A stretch of 63,601 bases of DNA, counting the filler, from Basidiobolus meristosporus CBS 931.73 (taxonomy: Eukaryota > Fungi > Basidiobolomycota): assembly GCA_002104905.1 (NCBI GenBank). It is 4 parts of 4 records of this genome, joined end to end, with 100 filler letters (N's around TTAATTAATTAA, not from the genome) between each part and the next. Parts side by side here need not be neighbours in the genome. Positions count along the whole stretch, not along the records: positions 1 to 22,312 come from MCFE01000979.1; 3 more parts are not named here. The stretch is one strand, 5' to 3'. The notes beneath the pieces were generated by a model. That model was given only the letters and a program-made list of their open reading frames with translations, did no database searches and was not told the origin of the DNA. A program made the translations under genes and the position numbers. Below, one piece after another: positions 1 through 10,359 of the stretch. Position 1 is the first letter of the stretch, and each line of letters begins with the position of its first letter.

Positions 1-235
1 TAAAAGAGTCTTCATTGGGATTTTTTAGTCACTAAGGCTTGTGCTTTCAAACTATAGGAATATTGAAGCCTCAGGTTGAAGGCCTCTGAAGTCCACAGTT
101 TGAGGCTATGTATCTCAGCTGCATAGAGAGCAGTATTGTTGTTTGTACAAACAAGAGTCTTATATGACAATTGTAGGTAGTAATGAGCCTAAAGATACAG
201 GTCCCAGGCTTTGACTCTTGGGGATAGACAGAAGA

Positions 236-489
236 GCTGATATCAGGTTCCAGGCAGGCCCGGGCCTGAGTAAGAAGGTAAAGACAGTGCATCCAGGTAT
301 GCCAAATATTTCCACATTGTTATGGATCAGCCTGCACAATATAGGACATACTCCATAGCAGATAAAGACACCCATTATATTGATGAATGCTCTAACCAAG
401 ATACACAGTACACAGAGCCCATGGAAGATGCCCTATATGGCAATGAGTGTACTGAACAAAATGAGCACTATATTGAGTCTGTGGAATGA
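236..489 (+). pseudogene. Diverged 3' remnant of secreted family A
   Basis: GATATCAGGTTCCAGGCAGGCCC...GATACACAGTACACAGAGCCCATGGAAGATGCC aligns with 2399-2692, with internal deletions; no intact 5' end seen. Confidence 0.7.
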
Positions 490-639
490 ACTTAAAGCCA
501 TTAAATTTGCGTTGATTATATATTACTTGCTTAATATGTAGTAGCAGAAGTATGATCCATGCCAGCACAAGAACAAGGGTAAGGTTAGAGCAGAATAAAG
601 CAGTCCCGCAATATCAGCCAGTAGTACCTTTCTGAGTAG

Positions 640-940
640 CCAAAATGGATAAGTCAGCTAGCACAGATAGTTGATACAATATCTGGTCAAGTTCCTGAGA
701 GCTGTAAAACGATGGACTCCAGTATTTTGGCATATATGGCATTGTGCGGAGACTGCTCTACTTGCTAATTGCTTACATGAATAGGAGTAGTAATGACTAC
801 ATGATCCATTAGCCTATTTATTATGGTGGGATCACAATAGTAATAAGCCTATTCATATGAATAGCTATGGTCTACTTATTGGTTGTCATGTGTAGCTATG
901 GGTGTTGCAAAATACACACCGAATAGGATGAAGTGCTGTG
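640..940 (-). pseudogene. Heavily decayed fragments of secreted family C
   Basis: Patches such as GGTCTACTTATTGGTTGTCATGTGTAGCTATGGG...CACACCGAATAGG match 3707-3765; no ORF. Confidence 0.5.
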
Positions 941-1409
941 AGCATGAAAGTTTTGACAGAAGTATTCTTATTGCTTGCCATGTGGTCACGTCTACGCTGT
1001 TTCTTCCTGATATCAGTTGGTGTAATGTGTTGGATAGCCTACAGAGATAGCGATTTTGTGATGGGATTTATTATGACATCAACAAAAATAAATAAACAAT
1101 CCTCTTCAATTTTGATCTTGCTATACCAATAGCAATCTTTGTGAGTGTTTTGGGATATCTTCACCAGCAATCAGTCGATAGTATACTGAGCCAGATTTAC
1201 GATGCATTGCATCAACTACCTTAGGTAGGTTTAGCAAAAATGCAACTCTCCATCACTTCATACATCGCCTCTACCCAATTGACCACTATTGCACCAGATA
1301 AATCTTCAAGTCGGAACATTAACCGAGGGTTGTGTTGATTTGAAATTATAGAGTCATAAGAGTAGTGATAGCCAAAGGTATCAATGTGTATTCATCATAA
1401 GATTATCAC

Positions 1410-1781
1410 AACTATATGGATGTGAATGAGGGCAAAGATGAAGGCGAAGGTGAGGACTCGATAGATGACACTTCAACTCAGCCAGAGTCATCCTACAACA
1501 TGACAAACTGCAATATAGCCGATATGCAGCCAAGACAGGCCTTGTTGGACAGAGTGAACGCTCACTCATCCAGTGATGCTGATGCCCTGTCGAACTCCAA
1601 TCAGTTTGACCAAGCGCAGGTTATCGACCAAACCCTCTATCAGCCTAAGCAGCAACAGCCCCTAGATCATTATCACCCAGCCAGCCACCCGTAGCCATGT
1701 TGGACGCGTTAGAAGTACAAGAGATCTGCGCATAAGTGCTTCAAGAACAGATATTTCAGTAGGAACCAATACATTGAATAA
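1410..1781 (+). pseudogene. 5'-truncated, frameshifted copy of secreted family B
   Basis: ORF 1416-1694 matches the middle of 5086-5640 (QPESSY, QPRQALLDRVNA, DQTLYQPKQQQP). Signal peptide is deleted. A +1 indel near 1660 gives a TAG; the KYKRSAHK tail is still visible to TAA 1781. Confidence 0.8.
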
Positions 1782-2066
1782 ATAAATATGACATTTGGCC
1801 ACCTTAGATTAATATGAAACATCATCAGCCGTGATTCGCGAATTACCATACTACAGCTGAAATATCACAAGTATATATGTATATATTGGTGTATGTATCA
1901 GTTTATTTATCGTACATTAATCATGTAGACTACGCGATATCAATGTGATGGAGTCGACAATATTAGAGAGAATGCTGATTTTCAATCTGATGAAGTGTGA
2001 GTTCATCAAAGTTAACTAACTATTGCTACCATCAATGTTGTAACCATGTTATAATGGTTCCCATGC

Positions 2067-2074
2067 TATATATT
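2067..2074 (+). promoter_or_regulatory. TATA box candidate for family A copy 1
   Basis: TATATATT starting 47 nt before ATG 2114; same motif and spacing at 5938-5945 before ATG 5985. Confidence 0.55.
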
Positions 2075-2113
2075 CCCGAGTGTACTTGGCAATGGACTTG
2101 GTAGTTCTCAAAG

Positions 2114-2692
2114 ATGCGTGCATTCATTGTATCCTTGACCTTGGGCCTTGCTTCTCTTCAGGCCACCATTGCTGCTCCAGTCCCATGCTCCGAATCATGC
2201 AACCGTGAGCATAGAAGAGTCCGTTATCGCAGGTATTCATGCTCGGACCAAGCGAGCGACTGCTACCAGCAAGTCCAGGTTCAGCCCACTGTTGAAACGC
2301 CAAACGTCCAAGTGCCATTGTTGCGTCAGGTGTTCACCACCGTGACCAGAAAGCATGACAATCTGAACACTGCCAACGCCAACAGTGACAAGAGTCTCGA
2401 TGTTCAGTTTCAAGCAGGCCCTAGCCTCGAAGTAGAAGGCTCAGCCAGCGCATCCGAGTACGCCAAACAGAAGGGTGCTGAACACTCCGAAGATGGCTCT
2501 GGTTACCCTATTGTTGTGGTTCAGCCTGCGCAAGATGAGACATACTCCACACCAGTAGTGGACACCCAATGCATCGAAGGATGCTCTGACAAAGATACAC
2601 AGTACTCTGAGCCCATGGAAGATGTTCAATGTGGCGACAACTGTGCTAATCAGGACTCACAGTATACTGAGCCCATGGAAGACACTCAATGA
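2114..2692 (+). CDS. Secreted protein family A, copy 1 (192 aa, unknown function)
   Basis: Signal-peptide-like N-terminus (MRAFIVSLTLGLASLQATIA/APVP), Cys/Arg/Tyr-rich N-terminal patch, two C-terminal 20-aa repeats; AATAAA about 30 nt after the stop; conserved paralogue at 5985. Confidence 0.9.
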   Translation: MRAFIVSLTLGLASLQATIAAPVPCSESCNREHRRVRYRRYSCSDQASDCYQQVQVQPTVETPNVQVPLLRQVFTTVTRKHDNLNTANANSDKSLDVQFQAGPSLEVEGSASASEYAKQKGAEHSEDGSGYPIVVVQPAQDETYSTPVVDTQCIEGCSDKDTQYSEPMEDVQCGDNCANQDSQYTEPMEDTQ

Positions 2693-3369
2693 CCCAACGA
2701 CTGCACTTGAGCCCAAATGCAATAAAGTTCCATTATTCATTTTATTTTTCGCCTCATAAGTGAGCAGAAATATAGCCATTAACAGCATGGGAGCAAAGAG
2801 CGTTTGACAAACTTAAAACCAAGCCAATTTCCACACTTCACTCTGATGATCCGAAGTCCAGTCACTAATTCAGGAGAAGGGTAGGAAACGTCTTGAAGTA
2901 CTGCTTGAAGGTAGTGAGTGGCTTATTTAATATGCTCAGCGAGGGCTTAGTCAATATGGATATCGGGCATCCTAGAGTGTATCGTTTTGTCAAAAAGTCC
3001 AACTATTGCTCACCACCATTACCAGAAAACATGGTATCCGGAGTGCACATATAATATGCACCACTAATTATAATTAAGAAAATTAGCGCTTGATATTCGC
3101 AATTCAAAGGGGACACAACCAAAATAATTCACACTGTCATGTGAGGAGTTGTTAGATGTTCTGAGCATAAAGGTTTTAACGTCTAATATGCCTGACTGAA
3201 AGGCACTGCGTATCCATATCTATGTTTAGTTAATTCGGTTGATGCTCATTTCACTCATCCCAATCTTATTTGCAGAAGAAATGTGCGTGTTTTATAGCAT
3301 GCAGAAATAGCGATTATATGATAGGATTTATTATGAATGCCAAACCAATGTTTACATGATCCGATTGAG

Positions 3370-3804
3370 TCAAAAGCGGCCGCTGTATCTACTTCTGCGG
3401 TAGCGTCGTTGACAACGTTTGCACGATGGCTGATCGTCGTCGTCACTCGAGTCTTGAGTATCATCCTCATCGGGAGTAATTGATTGTACATATGTCGGTG
3501 CAGATGGTTGGTACAATGTTTGATCTACTTGCTGCACCTGGTCGTACTGATTCTGGTTGGAAAGTGCCTGAGCGTTCTGTGCAGAATGAGTCTGAGCGTT
3601 GTCCAACAATGGATAGGCGTTCGGGGACTCTAGTTGATAGTATGTTGGTGCATATGACACTAATGGTTCATTGTCGGCATTACCGCCAAAGTCCACTGGG
3701 ACACCCTGGTCTACTTGCTGGTTGTCATACGTTGCAATGGGCGATGCATAAGATGCACCGAATAGGAATACTAAGGCGGATAGAATGCGGAAAGTGCGTT
3801 GCAT
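3370..3804 (-). CDS. Secreted protein family C, intact copy (144 aa from ATG 3804)
   Basis: MQRTFRILSALVFLFGASYA/SPIA signal peptide; Gln/Asp-rich body; basic tail CKRCQRRYRRSRYSGRF. The ORF-track start at 3834 is GTG, so the ATG at 3804 is preferred. Confidence 0.85.
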   Translation of the reverse strand: MQRTFRILSALVFLFGASYASPIATYDNQQVDQGVPVDFGGNADNEPLVSYAPTYYQLESPNAYPLLDNAQTHSAQNAQALSNQNQYDQVQQVDQTLYQPSAPTYVQSITPDEDDTQDSSDDDDQPSCKRCQRRYRRSRYSGRF

Positions 3805-4523
3805 GTTGGCTCCTGATGACACACTGGAAGGCAAATAGTTGCTTTTATGTATGGTTTGCTAGATTCATCAGCGATCATCAGCAACCAAACCCAGTTTACT
3901 AAATTATGAAGCAAAGGTGAGTAAAGTTAATCGGCATTTCACTTACATTGCAATGATCAGTGAATAGGTGTTGATTAACACCGTAATCCCGGCGACCAAT
4001 CACTTCAGTACATCAAGAAAAATAAATAAACATTCGTCTTCAATTCTGGGCTTGGCTTACCGCTTTGGAATGACAAACGCGGTAGTGAAGGGACAAACTA
4101 AAATGACTCATACTACGCCTTTTCAAGCTATGGCTTGAAGTGAGCACACAGGAATCGCGTCGTTCTTGCGTAGTTCTCGATTTCATCGTCGAAGGCCACC
4201 AAGCTACTCTGATTATATAGTACCCTGCAGCTATTTTTATGAGTATATTGGGATTATGAACGAATTAACATCTTCACCGGCCATCAGTCGATAGTATACT
4301 GCACTAAATTTACGATTTAGCATTATGCATTGTATCGACCACCTCAAGTCCGCTTAGCAAAAATGTAACTCGCCATCACTTTGCTGGCTTCATATATCAC
4401 CTCTATCCAAGCGATCTCTATTGCAGCAGATGAACCTAGAGTTGCGTTGATTTGAGATCGTAGATTCATAGGGATAGTGATTGCTCAAGGTATTAATGTG
4501 TACCTATCACTACGACTATCAAC

Positions 4524-4850
4524 ATGTGGCTTTCCAAATCTTCAATGATGTAGCTACTTTTTCTTTTGGCCATCGTTGCTGCTCCAATTCCACGCTCCGA
4601 ATCATGCAATCGCAAGCATAAAAGAGTGCATTATCGTAGTTCGTCATGCTCCGATCGAGCAAGTAACTGCCACCAGCAAGCCCGAGTTCTACCAACTGTA
4701 GAGACTTCGAATATCTAAGTACGATTGTACGTTGAAGGATGCGTTGATCAGGATATACAGTACACTGAGCCCATGGAAGTTGCTCAGTTTGGCAATGACT
4801 GTGCTAATCAGGACTTACTGTATGCTGACTTTATGGACGACACTCAACGT
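4524..4850 (+). pseudogene. Internally deleted family A copy
   Basis: Encodes APIPRSESCNRKHKRVHYRSSSCSDRASNCHQQ..., then a stop, and jumps directly to the C-terminal repeat region. Confidence 0.8.
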
Positions 4851-5085
4851 ACCGACAACTGCACTTAATTCAATAAATCTCGATTATCCATATCATTTGC
4901 TCTTAACGCCAATCTAACTTGATTGCTAATAGCTAAACCAGGTAGTTAGTTGATGGGCAACAAAAGCAGGACATAGCATGTGAATTCCTGGCCTCAAGTG
5001 AGTCTGATACAGGGTGTAGTATAGTAGACTATGTCAAATACCACTATAAAGTGAGCTTACGACTGGTTTTACGATATTCATCAAA

Positions 5086-5640
5086 ATGCAGCTTACTCTC
5101 ACTTTACTCGCTTTGTACTTTGCTTATATCCATGCATTCCCTGCCACAGAAGATACCTCTTCTCAGGTGAGCTACGGTGACAATTTGTGCGGGGAGCAAG
5201 TAAGTCCTTGCTACCCAGAAACTCAATCGCCTGCAGATGACTATCAGCCGGAACAGGACGAGGGTGATCACTATATGGATGAGAATGGGGGTGAAGATGA
5301 AGGCGAAGGTGTGGACTCAATGGATGGCACTACAACTCAGCCAGAATCATCCTACGAGATGCCCAACTTCAATATAGCCGACCTGCAACCAAGACAGGCC
5401 TTGTTGGACAGAGTGAACGCTCAGTCATCCAGTGATGCTGATGCTCTGTCCAACTCTAATCAGTTTGACCAAGCGCAGGTTATCGACCAAACCCTCTATC
5501 AGCCTAAGCAGCAACAGCCGCGGATCATCATCACTCAGCCAGCCACCCGTAGCTATGGTGGAGACCAGAAGAAGTACAAGAGGTCGGCACATAAGTACTT
5601 CAAGATCAGATATTTCAGTGGGAATCGATACATTGATTAA
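5086..5640 (+). CDS. Secreted protein family B, intact copy (184 aa, unknown function)
   Basis: MQLTLTLLALYFAYIHA/FPAT signal peptide; acidic body; basic Tyr-rich tail after KR; TATAAA at 5045-5050; AATAAA overlapping the stop. Confidence 0.9.
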   Translation: MQLTLTLLALYFAYIHAFPATEDTSSQVSYGDNLCGEQVSPCYPETQSPADDYQPEQDEGDHYMDENGGEDEGEGVDSMDGTTTQPESSYEMPNFNIADLQPRQALLDRVNAQSSSDADALSNSNQFDQAQVIDQTLYQPKQQQPRIIITQPATRSYGGDQKKYKRSAHKYFKIRYFSGNRYID

Positions 5641-5984
5641 ATAAACATTTCATTTGGTCACCCTATATTAATATGAAACATCATCAGCCGTGGTTCGTGA
5701 ATTACCACACTACTGCTGAAATATCAAAAGCATATGCGTATATATTAGGGTATATGTTGGTGTATTTATCAGTGTATTTATCGTGTTGTAACCAAATAAA
5801 GTACGCGATATCAATGCGATCGAGCCGATGATGGCAGAGCGAATGCTGCTTTTCAATCTGATAAAGTGTGAGTTCATCAAAGTTAACAAACTATTGCTAC
5901 CATCAACGTTGTAACCATGTTATAATGGTTCCCATGCTATATATTCCAGAGTGTACTTGGCAATGAACTCAGCAGTTCTCAAAG

Positions 5985-6563
5985 ATGCGTGCATTCATTG
6001 TATCATTGATCTTGGGCCTTGCCTCTCTTCAAGCCGCCGTTGCTGCTCCAGTCCCATGCTCCGAATCATGCAACCGTGAGCATAGAAGAGTCCGTTATCG
6101 CAGGTATTCATGCTCAGACCAAGCAAGTAACTGCTACCAGCAAGTCCAGGTTCAGCCCACTGTTGAAACGCCAAACGTCCAAGTGCCATTGTTGCGTCAG
6201 GTGTTCACCACCGTGACCAGAAAGCATGACAATCTGAACACTGCCAACGCCAACAGTGACAAGAGTCTCAATGCTCAGTTTCAAGCAGGACCTAGCCTCG
6301 AAGTAGAAGGTTCAGCCAGCGCATCCGAGTACGCCAAACAGAAGGGTGCTGAACACTCAGATGATGGCACCAATTACCCCACTGTTATAATTCAGCCTGC
6401 ACAAGATGAGACATACTCCACACCAGTAGTGGACACTCAATGCATCGAAGGATGCTCTGACCAAGATACACAGTACGCTGAGCCCATGGAGGATGCTCAA
6501 TGTGACGATAACTGTGCTAATCAGGATTCACAGTATACTGAGCCCATGGAAGACACTCAATGA
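5985..6563 (+). CDS. Secreted protein family A, copy 2 (192 aa)
   Basis: Same length as copy 1; 16 amino-acid differences counted by eye (about 92% identity), mostly conservative. Confidence 0.9.
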   Translation: MRAFIVSLILGLASLQAAVAAPVPCSESCNREHRRVRYRRYSCSDQASNCYQQVQVQPTVETPNVQVPLLRQVFTTVTRKHDNLNTANANSDKSLNAQFQAGPSLEVEGSASASEYAKQKGAEHSDDGTNYPTVIIQPAQDETYSTPVVDTQCIEGCSDQDTQYAEPMEDAQCDDNCANQDSQYTEPMEDTQ

Positions 6564-7234
6564 ACCAACGACTGCACTTGAGCCCAAATGCAATAAAGTT
6601 CCATTATTCATTTTATTTTTCGCCTCATATGTGATAGCAGAGATATAGCCATTACCGGCATGGGAACAAGAGCGTTTGACAAACTCAACACCACGCCAAT
6701 CTCCATACTTCCCTCTGATGACCCGAAGTCCAGCTGCCAATTCAGGAGAAGAGTAAGAAGCTGGTAAAGCTTGGCTATAAACGTGTTTAAGTACTGCACG
6801 GAGGTAGTAGGTGGCTTATTTTATAAGCTCAACCCGGGCCTAGTCAATATGGAGATCGGGCATCCTAGGGTGTATCGCTATCTCAAGAAGTCCAACTATT
6901 ACTCACTACCATTGCCAGAAAACATAGTATCCTGAGCGCACATATAACATGCACCACAGACGAGTGATTCTTATTATAATTGAGAAAATAGCGCTTGATC
7001 GGCTCTTTCCCTTACTTCGATCTCTGTTGATACTCGCCATTATTCCACCCATCCCTGTGGGCACATCTCTTGTGTATCATATTTGAAAGCTTGTTTACAG
7101 AAGAATTGGGTGTACTTGATAGCCTACATGAACAGGGACACTGGAGTAATATCGATTCTATGATACATTTCCCCATTTATTATGCTGGGATCACCATAGT
7201 CATAAAATGTAGAAAGGCCAATAATCTGTTCTCA

Positions 7235-7646
7235 TCAATAGTTGTCTCTGTATCTACGTCTACACGCTGGCTGATTGTCATCATCACCAGAGTCTTGGTC
7301 TTCATTCTTGTCGGGAGCCAATGATTGCACATACGTCGACGCAGATGGTTGGTACAATGTCTGATCTCTTTGCTGCACCTGGCCATACTGATTCTCGTTG
7401 GGAAGTGCCTGAGCATTCTGTACGGAGTTAGTTTGAATATTGTTCAACAAGGGATAGGTAATTAGGAACTCTAGCTGGTAATCTCCCGGCGCATGTGATA
7501 TCGATGGTTCAGTCTCATAGTCCACTTGGACACCCTGGTCTACTTAATGGTTGCCATATGTAACAATAGGCGATGCATAGGATACACCGAATAGGAATAC
7601 CAAGGTAGAAAAAATGCGTGGATAAAATTCGGAAATTATGTCGCAT
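7235..7646 (-). pseudogene. Diverged family C pseudogene
   Basis: ATG 7646, indel within the signal peptide, TAA in place of a Gln codon; remaining ORF 7235-7525 keeps NAQAL...DQTLYQPSA and CRRRYR. Confidence 0.75.
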
Positions 7647-8056
7647 ATTGGCACTTAGTTACACACTGGAATACAAAAAGTTGCTTTTGTTTTTATCAAC
7701 AATCATCAGCAGCCAAAGCTCAGTTGATAGCTATTCTATGTGGCCAATCATCAATAAAACAATACACCGCCAATTAAACCGATGTATCATCGATCTACGC
7801 ACTTCATTACCTATACCATCATGCATTTATTGCTCACCACGACTGCTTGCCATTATTCATTATTGTTCGCAAATTGGAGAGAACAAAACCAAAATGTTTC
7901 ATGTGAGTAGTCATTGCTCATTCCACACATCCCTGTGGTCACGTCTCCTCTGATGTCAGTTGGTGTAATGTGTGTGTTGGATAGCTTACAGAAGTAGCGA
8001 TTATTTTGTAGGATTTATTGTGAATGCCAAACTAGTGTTATCATGACCCGATTGAA

Positions 8057-8479
8057 TCAAAAGCGGCCGCTGTATCTACTTCTACGGTAGCGTCGTTGAC
8101 AACGTTTACACGATGGCCGATTGTCGTCGTCACTCGAGTCTTCAGTGTCATCCTCGTCGGGAGTAAAAGATGACACATATGTCGGCGCAGATGGTTGGTA
8201 CAATGTTTGATCTACTTGCTGCACTTGCTCATATTGATTCTGGTTGAAAAGTGCCTGAGCGTTCTGTGTAGAATGAGTCTGAGCGTTGTCTGGCAACGGA
8301 TAGGCGTCTGGGGACTCTAGTTGATAGTATGTTGATGTATATGGCATTAATGGTTCACTGTCGAAGTCCACTGGGATACCCTGGTCTATTTGCTGGTTGT
8401 CATACGTTGCAATGGGCGATGCATAACATGCACCGAATAGGAATACTCAGGCTGATAGAATGCGAAAAGTGCGTTGCAT
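8057..8479 (-). pseudogene. Family C copy with a nonsense codon in the signal peptide
   Basis: ATG 8479 in frame with ORF 8057-8371; codon 11 is TGA (8447-8449) where the 3804 copy has TTA; the C-terminal tail is identical to the intact copy. Confidence 0.8.
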
Positions 8480-9208
8480 GTTGGCTCTTGATGACGCACT
8501 GGAAGACAAACAGTTGCATTTATGTATGATTTGCTAGATTCATCAGCGATCATCAGCAACCAAACCCAGTTTACTAAATTATGAAGCAAAGGTGAGTAAA
8601 GTTAATCAGCATATCACTTTCATTGCAATGACCAGCGAGTAAGAGTTGATTAACATTGTAATCCAGGCGACCAATCACTTCAGTACATCAAGAAAAATAA
8701 ATAAACATTCCTCTTCAATTCAGGTATACCACTTTGGAATGGCATATGCGGTAGTGAAGGGACAAGTGAAAGTGACTCATACTACGCCTTTTCAAGCTAT
8801 AGCTTGAGGTGAGCACACAGGAATGGCTTCGTTCTTACGTAGTTCTTGATCTCATTGTCAAAGGGCGCTAAGCTACTCTGGTGATCTAGCAACCTGTAGC
8901 TATTTCTATGAGTATTATAGGATTATGAATGAATTGATCTTTCATCAGTCATCAATTTATAGTATACTGAGCTAGATTTACGATTTAGCATTATGCATTG
9001 CATCAACCACCTCGAGTCCGCTTAGCAAAAATGCGACTCGCCACCACTTTGCTGGTTTCGTCCATCGCCTCTATCCAAGTGATCTCTATTACCGTAGATG
9101 AACATCAAGTGGAAACATGAACCTAGAGTCGTGTCGGTTTGAAATCGTGGATTCATGAAAATAGTAATTGCTGAGGGTATCAATGTGTATTTGTCACAGC
9201 AACTATCA

Positions 9209-9500
9209 ACATGTGGTAGCTACTTTTCTTTTGGCCATCATCGCTGCTCCAAAACATGCGATCGCGAGCATAAAAGAGTCCATTACCGTAGTTCGTCATG
9301 CTCCGACCGAGCACGTAACTGCCACCTGCAAGTCCGAGTTCTGCCAACTGTTGAGACTTTGAATGTCTAGGTACTATTGTGCGTTGAGGGATGCGTTGAT
9401 CAGGATACGCAGTACACGAACCCATGGAAGATGCTCAGTGTGGCAGTGATTGTGTTCAGCAGGACTCGCTAAATACTGACTTTATGGAAAACACTCAATG
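9209..9500 (+). pseudogene. Second internally deleted family A copy
   Basis: CDREHKRVHYRSSSCSDRARNC...VETLNV-stop; same stop position and deletion as 4524-4850. Confidence 0.8.
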
Positions 9501-9929
9501 TACCAACAACTGCACTTAATTCAATAAACCTCGATCATGCATACCGTTTGCTCTTAAAGCTAATCTAACTTGATTGCTAATAACTAAACCATGTCAATAT
9601 ATAAATGGTTGTTTGAAACAATGATCACCGACTAATTGGGTTAAGGATGAACGTCCTACAACTGAAGAAACACTGTATTGTAATAGAACAAAATAATCAT
9701 AGGAATACCATTGCTTGATCAAGGGACTACCTTTGCTTGTCTTTGTGAGTATTACGGAATTATAGGTGAGCCCATATCTTCACAAGTAGTTAGTGGACGG
9801 ACAACAAAAGCAGGACATAGCATGTGAATTCCTGGCCTCAAGTGAATCAGATATAGGATGCAGTATAGTAGACTACGCCAAATACCACTATCAGATGAGA
9901 TTCCCACTGGTTTTACGCTATTCATCAGA

Positions 9930-10052
9930 ATGCAGCTTACTCTCACTTTACTGGCTTTGTACCTTGCTTCTATTCATGCACTCCCTGCCACAGAAGATAC
10001 CTCTTCTCATGTTAGCAACAACCACAACTTGTTTGCAATGGGTGATGCATAG
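9930..10052 (+). pseudogene. 5' fragment of family B joined to an antisense family C fragment
   Basis: MQLTLTLLALYLASIHALPATEDTSSHVS matches 5086, followed by TTGCAATGGGTGATGCATAGGATACACTGAATGGGAATAC matching about 3731-3770. Confidence 0.75.
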
Positions 10053-10359
10053 GATACACTGAATGGGAATACACTTCTTGTACCACAGCCTGCACATCCT
10101 CCTTTGTAGCATGATTGGAGTCCCCACTGATGTGCAAAGCAATAACATCAGGAAGTCACAGGCCTGTCAAGATGACTGTAGTAAGATAATAGAGCATTGA
10201 TGCACACACCAAGAGGTTGCAGCACTGCTTTTGAAGCAGTGCTAAAGATAACACACTTGAATATTGCAGATATTTATTACAAAGACTGGCAGATCAGGTG
10301 CTACACCTTACACTGCTGGGTGAAGACCAGCATGTGAGGGAACTAGTGAGCAAACAATC

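Noticed and set aside
3370-3400. C-terminal ...SGRF as an RFamide neuropeptide mimic
   Set aside because: There is no Gly after Phe for amidation, and a two-residue match is too short to be meaningful
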